Of a stretch of 49,194 nt of DNA, positions 1-9,167 are shown one piece after another. The notes under the pieces were generated by a model that ran no database searches, had not been told where the DNA came from, and was given only the letters and a program-made list of their open reading frames with translations. Origin of the DNA: Tannerellaceae bacterium. GTDB lineage: Bacteria > Bacteroidota > Bacteroidia > Bacteroidales > Tannerellaceae. Numbering within the stretch: the stretch's first letter is position 1; every line of letters starts with the position of its first letter. The stretch spans positions 1 to 49,194 of the forward strand of contig JAJQES010000026.1 of assembly GCA_021201565.1 (NCBI GenBank), written 5' to 3'. A program made the translations under genes and the position numbers.

Positions 1-2
1 CC

Positions 3-1700
3 CCTACACAGGAAGAAATAGAGAAAAGAGATGAGTTAGCAGCAGAACTGGGATTGAGTCCGGTCGTCTGTCTTTTGCTTGTTCAACGCGGTATTACCTC
101 CGTTGAAGAGGTCAAAAAGTTTTTCCGTCCCAATCTGAACGATCTGCATGATCCGTTCCTGATGCCTGATATGGACAAAGCGGTAGCCCGCCTGAACAAA
201 GCATTGGGAAACAAAGAAAAAATATTAGTGTATGGGGACTACGATGTCGACGGAACCACAGCGGTTTCGTTAGTATATAAATACCTGCGCCCCTATTCTT
301 CCTCACTGGATTATTACATCCCGGACCGGTATGATGAAGGATATGGAATCTCCTACAAAGGCATTGATTATGCCGCTGAAAACGGGGTTTCCCTTATTAT
401 CTCTCTCGACTGTGGGATAAAAGCGATCGATAAAATTGAATATGCTAAGGAAAAAGGCATTGATTTTATCATCTGTGACCATCACATGCCCGACGATACG
501 CTGCCGGATGCCGTAGCTGTATTGGATGCCAAACGGCTCGACTCCCAATATCCATACGAACACCTTTCCGGTTGTGGGGTCGGTTTTAAATTTATGCAGG
601 CATTTGCCAAAAGCAACAATTTTCCGACAGCCGATCTGGAAAAGCTACTGGATCTGACCGCCGTCAGCATCGCCTCCGATATCGTACCGATTACCGGAGA
701 AAACCGCATCCTGGCCTATTATGGGTTAAAGCAACTCAATACCAATCCCGGTCTCGGATTAAAAGGGATTATTGATGTCTGCGGATTAAGCAACAAAGAG
801 ATCACGATCAGTGACATCGTGTTTAAAATCGGCCCCCGTATCAATGCGTCCGGGCGGATGATGAACGGAAAAGAAGCGGTGGAATTGTTACTGGCAAAGG
901 ATATTGCCGTAGCCAAAGAAAAGAGCGAAAACATTAATCAGTATAATGACGAACGGCGCGAACTGGATAAACGGATCACCGACGAAGCCAACGCCATCAT
1001 CGATCAATTTACTAATATTGAGGATCGTAAAGCGATCATCGTTTATGACCCGACCTGGCATAAAGGAGTGATTGGTATCGTAGCCTCCCGTCTGACAGAA
1101 AAGTATTTCCGTCCGGCAGTTGTCCTCACCAAATCATCGGAACTTATTACCGGCTCGGCCCGTTCCGTTACCGGATTTGATATCTACAAAGCCATTGAAA
1201 GCTGCAGGGACCTGCTGGAAAACTTCGGAGGACATACCTATGCCGCCGGACTCTCGCTGCGGGAAGAAAACCTGGAAGCTTTCACCAAACGCTTCTCCGA
1301 ACTGGCAGCCGATGAGATCATTGCTGAACAGATGACGCCCCAGCTGGATGTAGATGCCATTCTGGAACTGAAAGACATCACCCCGAAGCTGGTCAACGAA
1401 TTGCGCCGGATGAATCCTTACGGGCCGGACAACCATAAACCGGTATTCTGTACCCTGGGTGTGAAAGATTTCGGGACCAGTAAACTGGTGGGGAAAGAGC
1501 TGGAACATATCAAACTCGAATTGATCGACAGTACTTCGCAAACTCCTATCCATGGGATCGCCTTCGGAATGCATACACACAGCGAACACATCAAAACAAT
1601 GAAGCCATTTAGTATCTGTTACACCATTGAGGAAAATACCTACAATGGAAACACAACAGTCCAGCTAATGGTCAAAGACATTAAAACCGACTACACTTGA
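3..1700 (+). CDS. recJ: single-stranded-DNA-specific exonuclease RecJ (5' end runs off the window)
   Basis: ORF 54..1700 stays open in the same frame back to base 3 (PTQEEIEKRDELAAELGLSPVV...) with no ATG/GTG upstream. DHH-family motifs DYDVDGTT, SLDCG, ICDHHMP, FGGHTYAAG. Confidence 0.9.
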   Translation, partial: PTQEEIEKRDELAAELGLSPVVCLLLVQRGITSVEEVKKFFRPNLNDLHDPFLMPDMDKAVARLNKALGNKEKILVYGDYDVDGTTAVSLVYKYLRPYSSSLDYYIPDRYDEGYGISYKGIDYAAENGVSLIISLDCGIKAIDKIEYAKEKGIDFIICDHHMPDDTLPDAVAVLDAKRLDSQYPYEHLSGCGVGFKFMQAFAKSNNFPTADLEKLLDLTAVSIASDIVPITGENRILAYYGLKQLNTNPGLGLKGIIDVCGLSNKEITISDIVFKIGPRINASGRMMNGKEAVELLLAKDIAVAKEKSENINQYNDERRELDKRITDEANAIIDQFTNIEDRKAIIVYDPTWHKGVIGIVASRLTEKYFRPAVVLTKSSELITGSARSVTGFDIYKAIESCRDLLENFGGHTYAAGLSLREENLEAFTKRFSELAADEIIAEQMTPQLDVDAILELKDITPKLVNELRRMNPYGPDNHKPVFCTLGVKDFGTSKLVGKELEHIKLELIDSTSQTPIHGIAFGMHTHSEHIKTMKPFSICYTIEENTYNGNTTVQLMVKDIKTDYT

Positions 1701-1709
1701 AGAGGTAAA

Positions 1710-3629
1710 GTGGACGTTTACCACGAAATATTAGAGAAATACTGGGGATATACCCGCTTCCGCCCGTTACAGGAAGACATCATTCACTCCATTGCCTCAG
1801 GTAAAGATACACTCGGCCTGATGCCCACAGGAGGAGGTAAATCCATTACCTTCCAGGTACCTACGCTGGCAACAGAAGGGATTTGTCTTGTCGTTACCCC
1901 ACTGATCGCTTTGATGAAAGACCAGGTAGACAACCTGAAACGGTTAGGCATCAAAGCGACTGCCGTCTATTCCGGTATGAGCCGCCGTGAGATCATTACA
2001 CAACTTGAAAACTGTATCTTCGGGGATTATAAATTCCTCTATGTGTCACCGGAACGGTTGAGCACAGAGATCTTCCGTATCAAATTACAGGCGATGAAAG
2101 TGTCCTTTCTGGTCATTGACGAAAGCCATTGTATCTCACAATGGGGCTATGATTTCCGTCCTTCTTACCTGAAAATAGCCGACATACGGGAAGAACTACC
2201 GGATGTCCCGGTACTGGCACTCACCGCCACAGCCACTCCGGACGTAGTAGATGATATCCAGCGCAGATTATCTTTCAGAAAAAAGAATGTATTCCAGAAA
2301 AGCTTTTACCGGCCGAACCTCGCCTATATAGTACGGCGTACCGATGACAAAACCGGGGCGTTGATCCATATTCTTCACCGGGTAACCGGAAGTGCCATTG
2401 TATATGTACGCAACCGGCAACGGACAAAAGAGATTGCAACCGAACTACAAAAAGCCGGATTATCTGCGGATTACTTCCATGCCGGGCTAAAGCGGGATGA
2501 AAAAACACTCCGGCAAAACCGGTGGAAGAACAACGAATGCCGCATTATGGTTTCCACCAATGCCTTTGGGATGGGGATTGATAAACCGGATGTACGGGTA
2601 GTAGTCCATATTGATTTCCCGGGTTCTCTCGAAGAGTATTACCAGGAAGCCGGACGAGCCGGACGGGATGAGCAGAAAGCCTATGCGGTAGCCCTTTGTT
2701 CGGATACCGACAACACAAAATTAAAGAAAAGATTGTCCGATGAATTCCCGGAGAAAGAATTCATCTGCCGTGTTTATGAAGCACTGGGCAATTACTACCA
2801 GATCGCGGTCGGATATGGGTTCGATACCGTACACGACTTCTCCCTGGCTGACTTCTGCAAAGCCTATAAATTCTCTATGTTACAGACTCACCACGCATTG
2901 AAAATCCTCGAATTGTCCGGTTATATTGAATATACGGAAGAGGTGGAAAATGCTTCACGCCTGATGTTTACCACGACGAAAGAGGACCTCTATAAATACC
3001 TGAAACAAGACAAACAAACGGATACGATCATCCAGATCATCCTCCGCTCCTATACAGGCTTGTTTGCCGATTATATTTATATTGATGAAGATTTGATTGC
3101 AACCCGGTGCGGACTTACCCGGCAGGATGTGTACACCACTCTGTCCGGTCTTTCCAAATACCGGATCGTACATTATATTCCCCGGAAAAAGACACCGTTA
3201 ATTATTTACACAACAGCCCGGGAAGAACAAAAATACCTGGCCATCAAACGTTCTGCGTATGAAGAACGGAAAGAACGCGCAGAAAACCGGATCCAAAAAG
3301 TACTGGAATATCTGAATGACAACCGGAAATGCCGCAGCCGGATGTTGTTAGCTTATTTTGGAGAGAAGAGAACCAAAGATTGTAAAAGCTGCGATGTATG
3401 CCTTTCCAAACATGAATCCGGCATCAAAACCAGTGAATTCAACCAGATCCGTGACCGGTGGATCGAACTGTTACAGGAGGGGGAAAAGTCCGTAAAAGAG
3501 GTCATGAATGATCTCCCCTTTCCACCGGACAAATGCCTGTCCGTAGTCCGCTTCCTGGCAGACCACGATCCCCGTTTTCACATCCGGGACGGTATTCTCT
3601 CTTTTGATCCGGGCCATGAGAAAGAATGA
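1710..3629 (+). CDS. recQ: RecQ-family ATP-dependent DNA helicase
   Basis: GTG start 10 nt after the recJ stop. Walker A MPTGGGKS, DExH box VIDESHCISQWG, RecQ Zn-finger CRSRMLLAYFGE...CKSCDVC. Confidence 0.9.
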   Translation: MDVYHEILEKYWGYTRFRPLQEDIIHSIASGKDTLGLMPTGGGKSITFQVPTLATEGICLVVTPLIALMKDQVDNLKRLGIKATAVYSGMSRREIITQLENCIFGDYKFLYVSPERLSTEIFRIKLQAMKVSFLVIDESHCISQWGYDFRPSYLKIADIREELPDVPVLALTATATPDVVDDIQRRLSFRKKNVFQKSFYRPNLAYIVRRTDDKTGALIHILHRVTGSAIVYVRNRQRTKEIATELQKAGLSADYFHAGLKRDEKTLRQNRWKNNECRIMVSTNAFGMGIDKPDVRVVVHIDFPGSLEEYYQEAGRAGRDEQKAYAVALCSDTDNTKLKKRLSDEFPEKEFICRVYEALGNYYQIAVGYGFDTVHDFSLADFCKAYKFSMLQTHHALKILELSGYIEYTEEVENASRLMFTTTKEDLYKYLKQDKQTDTIIQIILRSYTGLFADYIYIDEDLIATRCGLTRQDVYTTLSGLSKYRIVHYIPRKKTPLIIYTTAREEQKYLAIKRSAYEERKERAENRIQKVLEYLNDNRKCRSRMLLAYFGEKRTKDCKSCDVCLSKHESGIKTSEFNQIRDRWIELLQEGEKSVKEVMNDLPFPPDKCLSVVRFLADHDPRFHIRDGILSFDPGHEKE

Positions 3630-3703
3630 CTCATTTCTTTATTTCTTATAACTTTTGATTACTTTTGCGCCCGATTATTAACAAACAACGTATCAGACAA
3701 ATT

Positions 3704-4441
3704 ATGAAAGCATTCTCATGGAAGGTAGCCTGCCTGCTCGTAAGCGGCTGGTTACTGTATGGGACTTCTTCGTGTACTTCAAAGTCTGAAAATGCAAGTA
3801 CAACCGGTTCAGCCCCGGAACAAACAGCTGCCTTAACTGATTCATCTGAAAGCGATGATCCTTTAACGATTCTCAAAGCCGGAAATGAACGTTTCTACAC
3901 CGGACAATCCAAACACCTTCATCAGGATTCCCAGACCATCCGGGAACTGACAGCCGGACAACATCCCAAAGCAGTGATCATCAGTTGTTCCGACTCCCGT
4001 GTACCACCCGAAATCATTTTCGACCAGGGATTGGGTGACATCTTCACCATCCGTACCGCAGGCCACGTGATGAGTGATTTTGAAGAAGGAAGTGTTGAAT
4101 ACGCAGTTGAACACCTACATACCCAACTGGTGGTTGTATTGGGACACGAACATTGCGGAGCCGTGCATGCGATGTTGGAACATCTGGACAACGATCATGT
4201 GGAAGGCCATATCGGAGCCATTGTGGACGCGTTAAAAAACGAACCGGAGGAACAGGAAGTACTCAAAGTAAAAAGTGACGATCTGCCGGAGCGGGCCATT
4301 CTGGCCAATATCATACATGGTGTAAAACAGTTACGCGAATCAGATCCCATACTTTCCCACATGTACCGGGAAGGCGAGATCCAGATCGTAGGCGCCCTTT
4401 ACCATCTCGACAACGGACAGGTAGAATTCCTCGGGATTTAG
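3704..4441 (+). CDS. beta-class carbonic anhydrase, probable lipoprotein
   Basis: CSDSRV and GHEHCGAV zinc-ligand motifs. Start placed at ATG 3704 (MKAFSWKVACLLVSGWLLYGTSSC signal/lipobox) rather than the TTG at 3665. Confidence 0.85.
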   Translation: MKAFSWKVACLLVSGWLLYGTSSCTSKSENASTTGSAPEQTAALTDSSESDDPLTILKAGNERFYTGQSKHLHQDSQTIRELTAGQHPKAVIISCSDSRVPPEIIFDQGLGDIFTIRTAGHVMSDFEEGSVEYAVEHLHTQLVVVLGHEHCGAVHAMLEHLDNDHVEGHIGAIVDALKNEPEEQEVLKVKSDDLPERAILANIIHGVKQLRESDPILSHMYREGEIQIVGALYHLDNGQVEFLGI

Positions 4442-4470
4442 ACATAAACAGCCATTCGGTTTTTAGTCAT

Positions 4471-4510
4471 AAAAAGCTGGGGATTAAAAGGAAATCCTCA
4501 GCTTTTTTTC
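4471..4510. terminator. bidirectional intrinsic terminator between convergent genes
   Basis: aaaaAGCTGGGGATTaaaaggAAATCCTCAGCTttttttt: 11-bp stem, A-run upstream and T-run downstream. Confidence 0.7.
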
Positions 4511-4522
4511 TCTTTTTCTCTC

Positions 4523-5113
4523 TTATTCTGTATAAAACAGATCATTCTCCGGATCTTTGTTCCATACATATTCCATCTCAGCCGCTACCCTTCCGGCAAT
4601 CTCTTCCCCTAACAGATCACGAACAAATGCCAAAGCCATATCCATACCAGCACTAATGCCGGAAGAGGTATAATATTTACCATCCACTGTCCAGCGGGCT
4701 TTTCTTTTCCAGTTTACCTCCGGACGGACGGACATCACCCAATCAAAAGCTCTTTTGTGGGAAGTAGCTGTTTTCTGGTCCAGCAAGGTAGTTTTAGCCA
4801 CCAGGGCGCTTCCGGTACAAACGGTTAATACATAGCAGGAAGACCGGGAAAGCAGCCCGATGCACTCTATCAACTCTTCGTTATATATCTCCTGCCGGGT
4901 ACCCTTCCCTCCGGGAATCAAAAAGACATCCGCAGTGGGTATCTCCTTTAACATCCGGGTCGCAATCTGTACACCCTGGGTACTGTTTATCACTCCTCCT
5001 GCAAGGGAATAATATTCTATTTCAAACTGTTCAGGTAATCTTCCCAGAATTTCAACCGGGCCAAACACATCCAGCGTTTCAAAATGGTCAAACAGAAGTA
5101 CAACTACATTCAT
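4523..5113 (-). CDS. DJ-1/PfpI family protein
   Basis: 196 aa. Nucleophile-elbow context LTVCTGSALVA, class-I glutamine-amidotransferase-like layout. Confidence 0.8.
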   Translation of the reverse strand: MNVVVLLFDHFETLDVFGPVEILGRLPEQFEIEYYSLAGGVINSTQGVQIATRMLKEIPTADVFLIPGGKGTRQEIYNEELIECIGLLSRSSCYVLTVCTGSALVAKTTLLDQKTATSHKRAFDWVMSVRPEVNWKRKARWTVDGKYYTSSGISAGMDMALAFVRDLLGEEIAGRVAAEMEYVWNKDPENDLFYTE

Positions 5114-5126
5114 AAAGCATTCTTAA

Positions 5127-7316
5127 TTATTGCCGGATCAGATGGGTTCCACTCTTCACAATGATCCGGTTATTACCCGGGGACACCAGGGTAGCCTCCG
5201 TACCTTCCGGAACCACCAACTGCACTTCCAGCCGTTTCCCTTTACGTTTGATCCGGACAGCTATTTCCCCATACGCGGTTTCAAAAGAGGCGGATGCTTC
5301 CGTCAGTTTTCCCAACCGGGGTTTTACCTGAAATGTCCGGAAACCGGGTGAGGTAGGTTCTATCCCACACACCTTTTGACTCAACAACGTCAGGGGTCCT
5401 CCGCTCCAGGCATGGTTGATGGTTCCACCTCCAAAACCTTCCGCGCCAATTCCCCATCCTTCAAACAAGGTAGTATACGGATATTCCATCATCTTCGTAT
5501 ATCTTTCCTTCATACGCTGCAGGGCAAAACCAGGCTCATTCATTTCAAAGAGTGCTTCCAGGACATATTTCTCCATATAAGGACTGGCATGGTATTCTTT
5601 TTTGAATACAGATAGTAAGGCCGGATAGTTCTCTTCAGGAGCCAGGCCGGAAAGTACCGCCATCGCCTGTGAACGGTCATCTGTTTCTCCTTTATAGCCG
5701 GGAGAACGATATCCCGCTCCTGTCCAGAAGCGGGTATTAAAACATTTCTCTATGCTTTCCATTTTCCGGGAAATCATCTTTATATCCTCTGTCTTTCCCA
5801 ACTGGCCGGCAAACTCCTTCTGGGCCTTCAGCGCCAGATAATACCAGCAATTCGCCAACACGCCCATATCCACATGATCCCCCCAATCACCCCACGACCA
5901 GGCACCGGTCCGTTCTATAACCAATCCATTCGGTTCGGTCTGCCAGACTTCATGTAAATAGGTATGCATCCGGTCATAGACCACCGGCACAAAACTACTG
6001 TCCGCACTATAATAATATTGGGTATAGAAACCATACCATCCGATAGAAGCCAGCATTTGCAGCGGCAGCTCTTTATGCCAGTTCCCGGCAGGCATAGGTG
6101 AATAGAGTATTCCATCCGGCCGTTGCCAGTTCATCAATTCATAAATACCTTTTACGGCTAACGCCCAGGCAGAGGGTGATAAAGCATAAAAAGTCTCTCC
6201 CAGCTCATTGACTTCATCTCCCCACCATTGCGCCCGTTCACGGTCCGGGCAATCCATATAATTATCCCGCATAGTAATATACAATGTCCGGGCAGACCGT
6301 TTCCACAGTTTAGTATAAAACGGGTCATCACAGGTAAATGTACCGGTAATAGCGGCATCATACCCGGTCTCTCTATACTTCAGATCCAACACCTCCACTC
6401 CTTCCGGTATCACATACCACACCTCGTGCCCATTAAACCAACCCAGGTTTTCATATTCCTGTATACCTTCCCGGGTAATGTATTCACCACGCACATTATT
6501 CTCACTACCGCCCCGGTAATTATCAGTCTGGAACCGGATGGTTCTTCCGGCCGGAGCGGATACCTGTAGCCAGGCCGTCACCTGCGCATTATAAGGTAAC
6601 CGGCAAAAAAGGGTGTCTCCTGCCGGGGATTTCCGGATGGCTTCATACGGTTGCAACCCACTATTTTTCCATAAAGGAATGGGACGTTCCACCAGACGGC
6701 CAAACGGTGGATCTCCGGCGGCCGCTACCACTTCTGCCGGTGAAAGCCGGTGAGGATACTCTTGGGTATGCCACCCGGCCCGTTCCCGGCGGGCATCAAA
6801 CCGGATATTGCTTTCCGGCAAACGATAATTCGGAAAAGGTGCGTCTGTATTTTCGTATGCTTCATACAACGAACATTGCCACGTAGGATCCGATACAATC
6901 TCTATATTCTCTCCCCGGGCATCAAATAAAAGTCCGGCTTTCCCACTATTGATATGACTGAATCCATCCTTTCCGAAATGCCACACCAATACAGCGACCG
7001 TATTCTCACCTTCCGTCAACCAGGGAGCAATATCCACCTTATCAAAATAGGTATCCCGGGGAGTAGGTCCCCGTTTAAGCCCCCCTTCAAACACAACCGG
7101 TTCATCGTTGATCCATAACCAGTATTTTGTTTCCGCGGCAATGCGGGCCTCCAGTACAGAGGGGACAGACGTTAACGTAACCTGTTTACGATAGATCAGC
7201 CAGGTATTAGAAGCACTCTGGCAACGCTCCGTACTAATCCACTTCCCTTTCCACTCCTCCGCAAAAAGTGAACCCACATAAAACAACACAATACAAAGGA
7301 ATAGGGATCTTTTCAT
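5127..7316 (-). CDS. secreted alpha-L-rhamnosidase-like glycoside hydrolase (GH78-like six-hairpin)
   Basis: Signal peptide MKRSLFLCIVLFYVGSLFA. YMDCPDRERAQWWGDE resembles the GH78 DCPxRDER..W.GD motif. Sits next to the rha genes. Confidence 0.7.
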   Translation of the reverse strand: MKRSLFLCIVLFYVGSLFAEEWKGKWISTERCQSASNTWLIYRKQVTLTSVPSVLEARIAAETKYWLWINDEPVVFEGGLKRGPTPRDTYFDKVDIAPWLTEGENTVAVLVWHFGKDGFSHINSGKAGLLFDARGENIEIVSDPTWQCSLYEAYENTDAPFPNYRLPESNIRFDARRERAGWHTQEYPHRLSPAEVVAAAGDPPFGRLVERPIPLWKNSGLQPYEAIRKSPAGDTLFCRLPYNAQVTAWLQVSAPAGRTIRFQTDNYRGGSENNVRGEYITREGIQEYENLGWFNGHEVWYVIPEGVEVLDLKYRETGYDAAITGTFTCDDPFYTKLWKRSARTLYITMRDNYMDCPDRERAQWWGDEVNELGETFYALSPSAWALAVKGIYELMNWQRPDGILYSPMPAGNWHKELPLQMLASIGWYGFYTQYYYSADSSFVPVVYDRMHTYLHEVWQTEPNGLVIERTGAWSWGDWGDHVDMGVLANCWYYLALKAQKEFAGQLGKTEDIKMISRKMESIEKCFNTRFWTGAGYRSPGYKGETDDRSQAMAVLSGLAPEENYPALLSVFKKEYHASPYMEKYVLEALFEMNEPGFALQRMKERYTKMMEYPYTTLFEGWGIGAEGFGGGTINHAWSGGPLTLLSQKVCGIEPTSPGFRTFQVKPRLGKLTEASASFETAYGEIAVRIKRKGKRLEVQLVVPEGTEATLVSPGNNRIIVKSGTHLIRQ

Positions 7317-7397
7317 GGTTTAATAAAATTCATCTATTCCCCAACCTGATTGGGGATCGCATAAAAAGGATCGTTCAACACAATATATTTAAACGGT

Positions 7398-7436
7398 CTG
7401 TTTTCATGCGGTCCCCGGTCAAGCCGGGAAACAAGG
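7398..7436. repeat. V-type hairpin unit (GCGGT-stem-loop-stem-AAC)
   Basis: ctgttttcatGCGGTcCCCGGtcaagCCGGGaAACaagg. Same family as 15778-15881 and 16634-16733. Confidence 0.7.
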
Positions 7437-7477
7437 TTATTTTTAATTATAGTTTTCAAATAAAAGCCACTTGCAAA

Positions 7478-7504
7478 GTCCCCCTTTAGGGGATTAGGGG
7501 TTGG
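7478..7504. repeat. W-type hairpin unit directly 3' of a stop codon
   Basis: gtcCCCCTttAGGGGattaggggttgg ends 2 nt before the esterase stop. Second copy at 19207-19234. Confidence 0.6.
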
Positions 7505-7505
7505 T

Positions 7506-8792
7506 TTAAGGCGTAATCTGCCCTTCCAGCCATATCCATGAAGCCTCCCGTTGTTCCGGATAAGCATAATGCGCCGTATTCTCCATAATACAGAACTCTT
7601 TCTCACCGGGTATTACATTAAAGGCCGAATACATAGAGGTCGGAGGACACACCATGTCATTATACCCAAAGGTATAGAATCCCGGCACATGTACCTGGCG
7701 GGCAAAATTCACAACATCATAATAAGCCGCGGTGTGAATCTTTGCCGGTGTGTTATGTTCCTCCCGTTTAAACATGTGGGGCCATCCTCCGGCACGCCCG
7801 TGCAGATACCCGGTCAGATCACACAAAGCCGGATAATAAGCCACAAGGCCTTTGACCCTGGTATCAAGTCCTGCCGTAACAATGGCTAAGGCTCCCCCCT
7901 GGCTTCCTCCGTATGTAAACAGGTTGGTTCCGTCATACTCCGGCAGGGAACAGATAAAGTCAAGCGCCCGTACACATCCCAGGTACACCCGTTTATAATA
8001 ATAGGTATCCCGGTTATCCAGGTTAAATACCGGATAATCTTTCAAAGGGCCGGCCGCCAGATTCGCATACACCTGGTCCGGCAGATTCACCGGTATGCCA
8101 TGAATACCTATTTCAAACACAATATATCCCCGCTGTGAACTCTCAATATCTCCATGATAGGGACGTATCCCTGCTCCCGGCACTTTGAGAATGGCCGGAA
8201 AAGGCCCTTCCCCTTTGGGAATGCTCAACATACCATAGACCCGTGTTCCATACTGGTAACTTTGAAGACTCACATGATAAACATCCACCTGTCCGGTACA
8301 TCTGTCCGGCACCAATGTAACCTTTGCATCCATCGGGATCTTAGCAGCTTCCGCTTTAGCCTGGTCCCAGAACGCGACAAAGTCGTCCGGCAATTTAACA
8401 GCCGGTTGAATCTTTTCCGGGGCAAACCCTACAGTGGCCATGCCTTTATAATTTTTATCGTTCCATGTCGTATATACTTCACACCGCAGGAATCCGGCTT
8501 TAGCCATACTACCGGCTTCAATAACTCCGGTCCCCTTTTTGAGTACCAGCTTTTTTGATTGATGAGGTTGCATCATGTCCTCGGAAACATCATACCGGAT
8601 TTCCACATTTTCCAGTGGAATCCCGTTTCTAAGGACTGAAACGATAAACTTCACATTCTCTCCGGTCTGATACAGCAAACCGGAGTGGTCCGGTGCGACA
8701 ATTACCTGAACAGGCCGTTCAGCCGGTTGTGCAGACAGCCTACAGGCAACAAATAACACAAAAAGGATAGGTAACATTTTCTGTTTTCTCAT
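7506..8792 (-). CDS. acetylxylan esterase / CE7-family acetyl esterase, secreted
   Basis: Signal peptide, GGSQGGALA nucleophile motif (GxSQG of CE7/AXE1), alpha/beta-hydrolase C-terminal half. Confidence 0.75.
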   Translation of the reverse strand: MRKQKMLPILFVLFVACRLSAQPAERPVQVIVAPDHSGLLYQTGENVKFIVSVLRNGIPLENVEIRYDVSEDMMQPHQSKKLVLKKGTGVIEAGSMAKAGFLRCEVYTTWNDKNYKGMATVGFAPEKIQPAVKLPDDFVAFWDQAKAEAAKIPMDAKVTLVPDRCTGQVDVYHVSLQSYQYGTRVYGMLSIPKGEGPFPAILKVPGAGIRPYHGDIESSQRGYIVFEIGIHGIPVNLPDQVYANLAAGPLKDYPVFNLDNRDTYYYKRVYLGCVRALDFICSLPEYDGTNLFTYGGSQGGALAIVTAGLDTRVKGLVAYYPALCDLTGYLHGRAGGWPHMFKREEHNTPAKIHTAAYYDVVNFARQVHVPGFYTFGYNDMVCPPTSMYSAFNVIPGEKEFCIMENTAHYAYPEQREASWIWLEGQITP

Positions 8793-8849
8793 GGTCTATA
8801 GAGTATTATATTCTTATGCCGGCAAAAATAGGATTAATATTCCAAACCC

Positions 8850-9091
8850 CGAAAAGGGTGCACCCTTTTCCTTAAAAGGATGCATCTTTTTCTCCATCCG
8901 GACGCACCGTTTCAGACCAAAGGGTGCACCCAATACAGACTTTACAGTCCCGGTATCCCAACCCAACGGGATACTGAAGCCAATTCATCGTTCCCGGTAT
9001 CCCATTCCACCGGCCCCGGTATCTCAATGAATTGAGACCGGTATCCCGATTCATTCAGATACCGGGGCTGGTGGAGATCTCCGGATTAGTG
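8850..9091. repeat. array of 22-bp-phased short palindromes / direct repeats
   Basis: GGGTGCACCC-type palindromes centred at 8860.5, 8882.5, 8904.5 and 8926.5. CCGGTATC starts at 8950, 8994, 9016 and 9038; inverted copies at 8968 and 9058. Confidence 0.75.
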
Positions 9092-9167
9092 GTGTCCGGA
9101 AGATTTTAACGTATTGATCTGGTTGGTTTTCCCCTCTGCAGAGCTACTCTCTACCCACATCTTTTGC

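Noticed and set aside
1134-1589. Many 60-190-aa ORFs antisense to or nested in long genes. Examples: 1134-1589, 12035-12583, 13473-13964, 15851-16381, 17860-18315, 30858-31433, 39266-39772, 41708-42151.
   Set aside because: Each lies entirely inside a longer ORF with clear family motifs on the other strand or frame. Their compositions (R/S/H/F-rich) are typical of antisense translation of coding DNA.
7334-7606. 90-aa minus-strand ORF spanning the rhamnosidase-esterase spacer.
   Set aside because: It runs through the V and W repeat units and overlaps the 3' end of the esterase gene out of frame.
8791-9054. 79-aa and 60-aa ORFs covering the 22-bp phased array.
   Set aside because: The reading frames are products of the tandem palindromes (repetitive PGIP/GTR-type peptides), overlap each other on opposite strands, and lie in the esterase promoter region.
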